A stretch of DNA of 20,000 bases from IMG/VR virus record IMGVR_UViG_3300025071_000009, one strand, 5' to 3'. Origin of the DNA: an uncultured virus (IMG/VR IMGVR_UViG_3300025071_000009) (lineage: Duplodnaviria > Heunggongvirae > Uroviricota > Caudoviricetes). Under the pieces are notes generated by a model that ran no database searches, was not told where the DNA came from, and saw only the letters and a list, made by a program, of their open reading frames with translations. This document shows, piece after piece, positions 18,301 through 20,000 of the stretch. A program made the translations under genes and the position numbers. Numbering within the stretch: position 1 is the first letter of the stretch; every line of letters begins with the position of its first letter.

Positions 18301-19123
18301 ATTGATACTTTCCGAATGTCTGTAGGGATACACTAAGTCTCTTTATTTGCCCGAATAGATTTTCAACTTTGAGAGGAGCAGAATTTTGAGTCTCCAACGC
18401 TTCCTCTTCAAGCTCCTCTTTCGAAGGTAGGGTCGGAACCTGATCTATGATAAATGCTGGTATTCCAACATGCACCTTTAATATATTTTCTATTGGATCG
18501 ATATAGAAGTCGTTGACTTGCGCATAGAGCTCTAGAGCAAATGGGTTTTGAACCTGTGGTGTTGAGGCATTCTTAATTATTGTTTGCTGGAAGTCGAATG
18601 GTTCAGAAGGATCAGTCTTTGTGACTGATGCTATTGGGAAATCTTCGCATCTTACGCGATTTCTGTCTACTTGTTGTTCCGACAGTTTGATGAAAGCTCC
18701 CTCAAAGGAGTCAAATTGAGAGATTATCTCTTGAGGCGTCCCGATTTCTTCGAGTCCAGGAAAGGTCGCACAGATGATTTGATCCGCTACAAGCTTGCCA
18801 TACTCTTCTAAGATTAGTACGATTGCAGGGTGAACGAAGCTTCGAAGCAGAAGATCTCTAGAGGAGAAATCTTCCTGTCTTCCTTGAAGATCTCTAAATT
18901 CTCTCGCAGTAAACGAATCGCCGAACTTGTTTACTATGATAGTAATTTGGTACTCACACTGCTTCTCGTTTAGATACGGCTCAGCAACCTCAACGAATTC
19001 CCAATCTGGTTCAATATAGTTTTGATTGGGTATACATGGAGCGCAAAACTTTTTAAGTGGTGGTGGCTCTAGGGAAGGATCACATACTTCTTTCTGTAAA
19101 ATTTTAAAATTAGTCTCGGACAT
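12377..19123 (-). CDS. Giant hypothetical protein (2248 aa), largely helical with coiled coils; probably virion-associated
   Basis: Uninterrupted 6.7-kb ORF with an SD-like GGAG upstream (GGAGAATGAGATG), abutting both neighbours. Heptad-like segments lie at ~16450-16800 and ~17350-17590. I recognise no catalytic motif. Confidence 0.85.
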   Translation of the reverse strand: MSETNFKILQKEVCDPSLEPPPLKKFCAPCIPNQNYIEPDWEFVEVAEPYLNEKQCEYQITIIVNKFGDSFTAREFRDLQGRQEDFSSRDLLLRSFVHPAIVLILEEYGKLVADQIICATFPGLEEIGTPQEIISQFDSFEGAFIKLSEQQVDRNRVRCEDFPIASVTKTDPSEPFDFQQTIIKNASTPQVQNPFALELYAQVNDFYIDPIENILKVHVGIPAFIIDQVPTLPSKEELEEEALETQNSAPLKVENLFGQIKRLSVSLQTFGKYQSNFYQTQDGFLKFKESGKDYYATRMSSKVDQFYSDLKQLATKNDVNIRSNIPSANKLNADNVRIDFKTGPNGNPYTIKAVYAWKEGCDEQKLRKGINKFKKKYNKRPTLLNYIAKISNIDMTLQSRETTPWLDFLVKYTYPLITVDYGSLNMQAVGDSLGKCVEENAREFGGELRDYILNEALSFMETMSFQYSSAASCEELYSTENQPEVKEFEKDFGYGEGHAARKTLKDTQNERPDEIGEIAQAIIELDRRITLMRIEREKLEGEESVIKASIDSGISTQPQLDEVSKMIGTIKKSELESTMERSTLNLKLRTLNRDDGERIQRKKEKTQRKNTAKRARKNAKSHPYTKKAYKIAMEEISKSDTLLSSLVDWEEYEKTGKPSFKKMEQKIGSLSDVKDLLARLSICNLNTITINAIRCLFSGVTKERAFDKMFRAAMQAMDLDVFGFFIGGLPPDKQAELRKKLEAEFGNIPLPWEDDYDSGAANKNAYKGYLSTQNPAIEAANQSRQSEIERLETRIEELQRDYDNSIDAKVTAVLDLEDAQIEYDKAKKAMDLLEIQSIQTATAPEIQEGTKRVFREKSISLASAQARLNGILDPAAMLISINELKQQIENTVSSAPDELKDFKEMTDEEKTLQLEEQKKAQGTFGKPLGNIQEAVVEAYIEYVFDVMNLDEIGNSLSQVPGGTLVFNTLDQIFKCSTQGQFNPPIKSFLGSLSLDVCGPTRHVGLAWPSKIKEVKTPLNFDRAFFLTKLRNAFVNTVETVITKVITMLLLKIFETLDNALCKSLNAIGQFVAGQLTGGSSAGLDEAFADAFCPDADEDELSNIQRNAFGNALGKGAVPDSAYDCLFKAINGTMSKREIIDLLTNTPSNMDDQTASKFAILVNSRCPELSDLLGDVDDVKDAFGSIGKYIPPDLKDFLKNQSNEDLDAPIYDAICLTQDELDLWNSNRKSIYLDNGLDESTADEMIDKANERALDNLGSLADILQRGPDGLLGEALDAILNQADPACANDPSAIITEDESLAQDKQDLLNDYFKRIESKFLEDLIGERSSLIGNILIDTRGNHLQQHNRRVTIGDRTFLYANYVDTEEQWDERKDDAGFIKDKIMDKDLRRGMLPETVGLQMLNQLKELSLNYKTNKDEPQLRMRFQDSDNPDFESTLSYKLRHNNKSTQRAFVRETNAVKILGIKISEDSEVTLNAKRNQTFNKKELGMVNYEVAPNEVKLFSNLLKQKSGSQNPPKASKVIALFDNLNMNVLNVIRNAIVETPKGATPVGFNFGYDQQQAIGFEDLVYVDPTADPNDQSTWKYTYDEEDSILGKSATENPRVFFLDPVVHGGRFKAPKIYIEPATYNGWLGTIKTFIPQLEACEDKDNGFLNMTEIAQRAKQVESNLPIDERLSEPLECRLEVPYDRQIMPANHGIIEGIVVSTIRMYATEFMIRTFPVFGSIQFSDLNVDSLITNSIADAMQREMSEAGFLSSISRLAYYLLFLEQAVQVVQRQIIDGLMEETEEMKEASRIINKAQNNYEKLRFADLLLGQFPDGVRSQLYDGSRILAYGNKWATTPQGETLNFKTLNGYKINLARKVAVIHETQEAAEVFLAALVQKETTVLSKKLNLNLRPRPHVFDIKKYMLSTEGILDQSSIKSGFVNVEQEVVEGASKPDYGSILDCASQDLKSPLGTISKTLEDIEKTGVMYLEKYVRIVNKDETEQVMRVSEFQSMMSNRTIYDENSRLSDHFGNALVTSEGKLQGTIGVKFGVRLLMCVSSALGLTPNLNSTAERLPRSVMSGENSVDLQHIPISTYELDVMDVEIKDLDLVDPNMGEDIKCYVDRLSEEDSFITLFEKIFKTKSFTSLFGIYSYENFIESIGKLEVEEERQFFISQGWKKRIFNDTKRLLRKQFRSVYNSQDDTKSSRASRNRQSNINFLKNLIPELYLNVGGVGFLQRLRIVDAKPFDEDGKPCVNEFQKLFEDD

Positions 19124-19124
19124 C

Positions 19125-20000
19125 TCATTCTCCTAAGTAAACTGTTGAGCTTAGTATCTTTTCATCAATCGTACCTTCCACGCCGATCTCGGGCATTCCA
19201 AAATAAGAATAATCACTAACAATCTTGTTGTATTGTTCCGTTACTGTTATTGTGATATTGTTTATTGTTCTAGGAACTTCTTCTAGAAACTCTGGTACTG
19301 CTTCTATGAAGTCTGGAAATGTTACGATTGCCCCTGTTCCAGCGCCTATGTGTTGGTGTTTTGCCATTGCTAGCTTGTATTGTAAAAAAGCAATTTCAAG
19401 ATTTGTTATCTTTGCGTTCACTTTGTTCATTTGTTCATTAACTTTCTTCAAGTATTTTACCAAGTTAGTTCCTAGAACAGCTGGGTGATGTCTTTCAGAT
19501 GATGTTGCACCAATCTCAATAACTGGTTTTGCTGGTTCATTTCCCGTCACAAGTCGTTCGCCATTATCGTATTTTGATACTCCAGCAAGTATTCTAACTC
19601 TCTCTCGGCCAATGATCAGCGTGTGGTCAGATTTTAACCCGACACCTGACTTAAACTTTGAAGAAGCGTAGACGCCTGCTGTATCAGATTTTGCTGTTGC
19701 GAAGTATGCATTCACATCACCACGTTCCGTAAGATAGAGTCTTGCTCCATCTTCGGCAAAGTTAGCTCGCGACTGAGTCTTCCCTGTTTTAATATCTTTT
19801 GCGCACGATAAAGATCCTGCGACAATATCAATTGCTTCACACTTGGTTGCACCAGCGCCTCCAAGACCTGTTGCTCTATGTCCATGATTGTCTCTTGTGA
19901 GAACAATTCTAGCTCCGGTGTGATCCCCTCTCAAACTTTTCTTTCTAGAAACGACTCTCTCGCAAGAACCAACAGGTGCATACACTGGTAGGAATTCTTT
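19125..20000 (-). CDS. Putative baseplate central spike/puncturing protein (gp5-C/gpV/gp138-like), 5'-truncated
   Basis: The frame stays open past the listed GTG at 19985 to the window edge (KEFLPVYAP...). It has short Gly-punctuated beta-strand segments (ARIVLTRD, AIDIVAG, ARLYLTE, VGLKSDHTLIIGRERVRILAG), then PAVLGTNLVKYL, a helix and KHQH (HxH at 19350-19358). It lies upstream of gp25/gp6. Confidence 0.55.
   Translation of the reverse strand, partial: KEFLPVYAPVGSCERVVSRKKSLRGDHTGARIVLTRDNHGHRATGLGGAGATKCEAIDIVAGSLSCAKDIKTGKTQSRANFAEDGARLYLTERGDVNAYFATAKSDTAGVYASSKFKSGVGLKSDHTLIIGRERVRILAGVSKYDNGERLVTGNEPAKPVIEIGATSSERHHPAVLGTNLVKYLKKVNEQMNKVNAKITNLEIAFLQYKLAMAKHQHIGAGTGAIVTFPDFIEAVPEFLEEVPRTINNITITVTEQYNKIVSDYSYFGMPEIGVEGTIDEKILSSTVYLGE

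Larger units (their letters stand above)
1..20000 (-). other. Baseplate/tail-tip structural gene cluster of a large contractile-tailed (myovirus-type) phage
   Basis: Seven co-oriented minus-strand CDSs with overlapping or abutting junctions. They include recognisable gp25-like and full-length (600 aa) T4 gp6-like proteins, a gp7/P2-gpI-like KGT motif and a spike-like HxH protein. No host housekeeping genes are present. Confidence 0.85.

Noticed and set aside
12377..19123. Calling the 2248-aa protein a tape measure protein
   Set aside because: It lacks the Ala/Gly-rich periodic repeats and obvious hydrophobic segments typical of tape measure proteins, and it is comparatively rich in Cys and Pro. 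I left it unassigned.
48..19906. The many short (60-132 aa) ORFs on the + strand and in alternative minus frames, including 48..242 and 880..1083
   Set aside because: All lie within or antisense to the long minus-strand CDSs, including the unlisted <1..1882 ORF. They have no recognisable motifs and look like shadow ORFs.
1..20000. Bacterial eCIS, tailocin or T6SS locus instead of a phage
   Set aside because: The full-length T4-type gp6, the multi-kilobase accessory genes and the lack of Afp/Tss-type or host genes favour a large phage. It cannot be fully excluded without capsid or terminase genes from outside the window.
1..20000. Stop-codon reassignment, as seen in some large phages
   Set aside because: The standard code gives near-complete coding density with multi-kilobase ORFs. 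Genes end in TAA or TGA at tight junctions, and no ORF is broken by an in-frame TAG or TGA. The absence of TAG among six stops is uninformative.
1..20000. CRISPR arrays, tRNA/rRNA genes, IS elements and intrinsic terminators
   Set aside because: Non-coding space totals under 100 nt. I saw no spaced direct repeats, cloverleafs, transposase motifs or GC hairpin plus U-tract in the spacers.

Overview
The window is one tightly packed minus-strand gene cluster that looks like the baseplate/tail-tip module of a large contractile-tailed phage with T4-like components. In transcription order (right to left): a 5'-truncated putative central spike protein with an HxH motif (19125..>20000); an unassigned 2248-aa helical/coiled-coil protein; a gp25-like protein; a 600-aa gp6-like wedge protein; a 476-aa DNRLRE-domain protein; a 2272-aa gp7-like wedge protein with LamG-like lectin domains, three copies of an inserted ~130-aa module and a Cys-rich Ig-like C-terminus; and a 3'-truncated ORF (<1..1882, at least 627 codons) that is missing from the supplied ORF track and that I translated by hand. 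The only two real intergenic spacers share an identical 11-mer (sense AACTATTTAGT) 16-18 nt upstream of the ATG, a candidate phage late promoter or operator. I saw no RNA genes, CRISPR arrays, mobile elements or recoding. Family assignments come from recognising motifs by eye, not from database searches.
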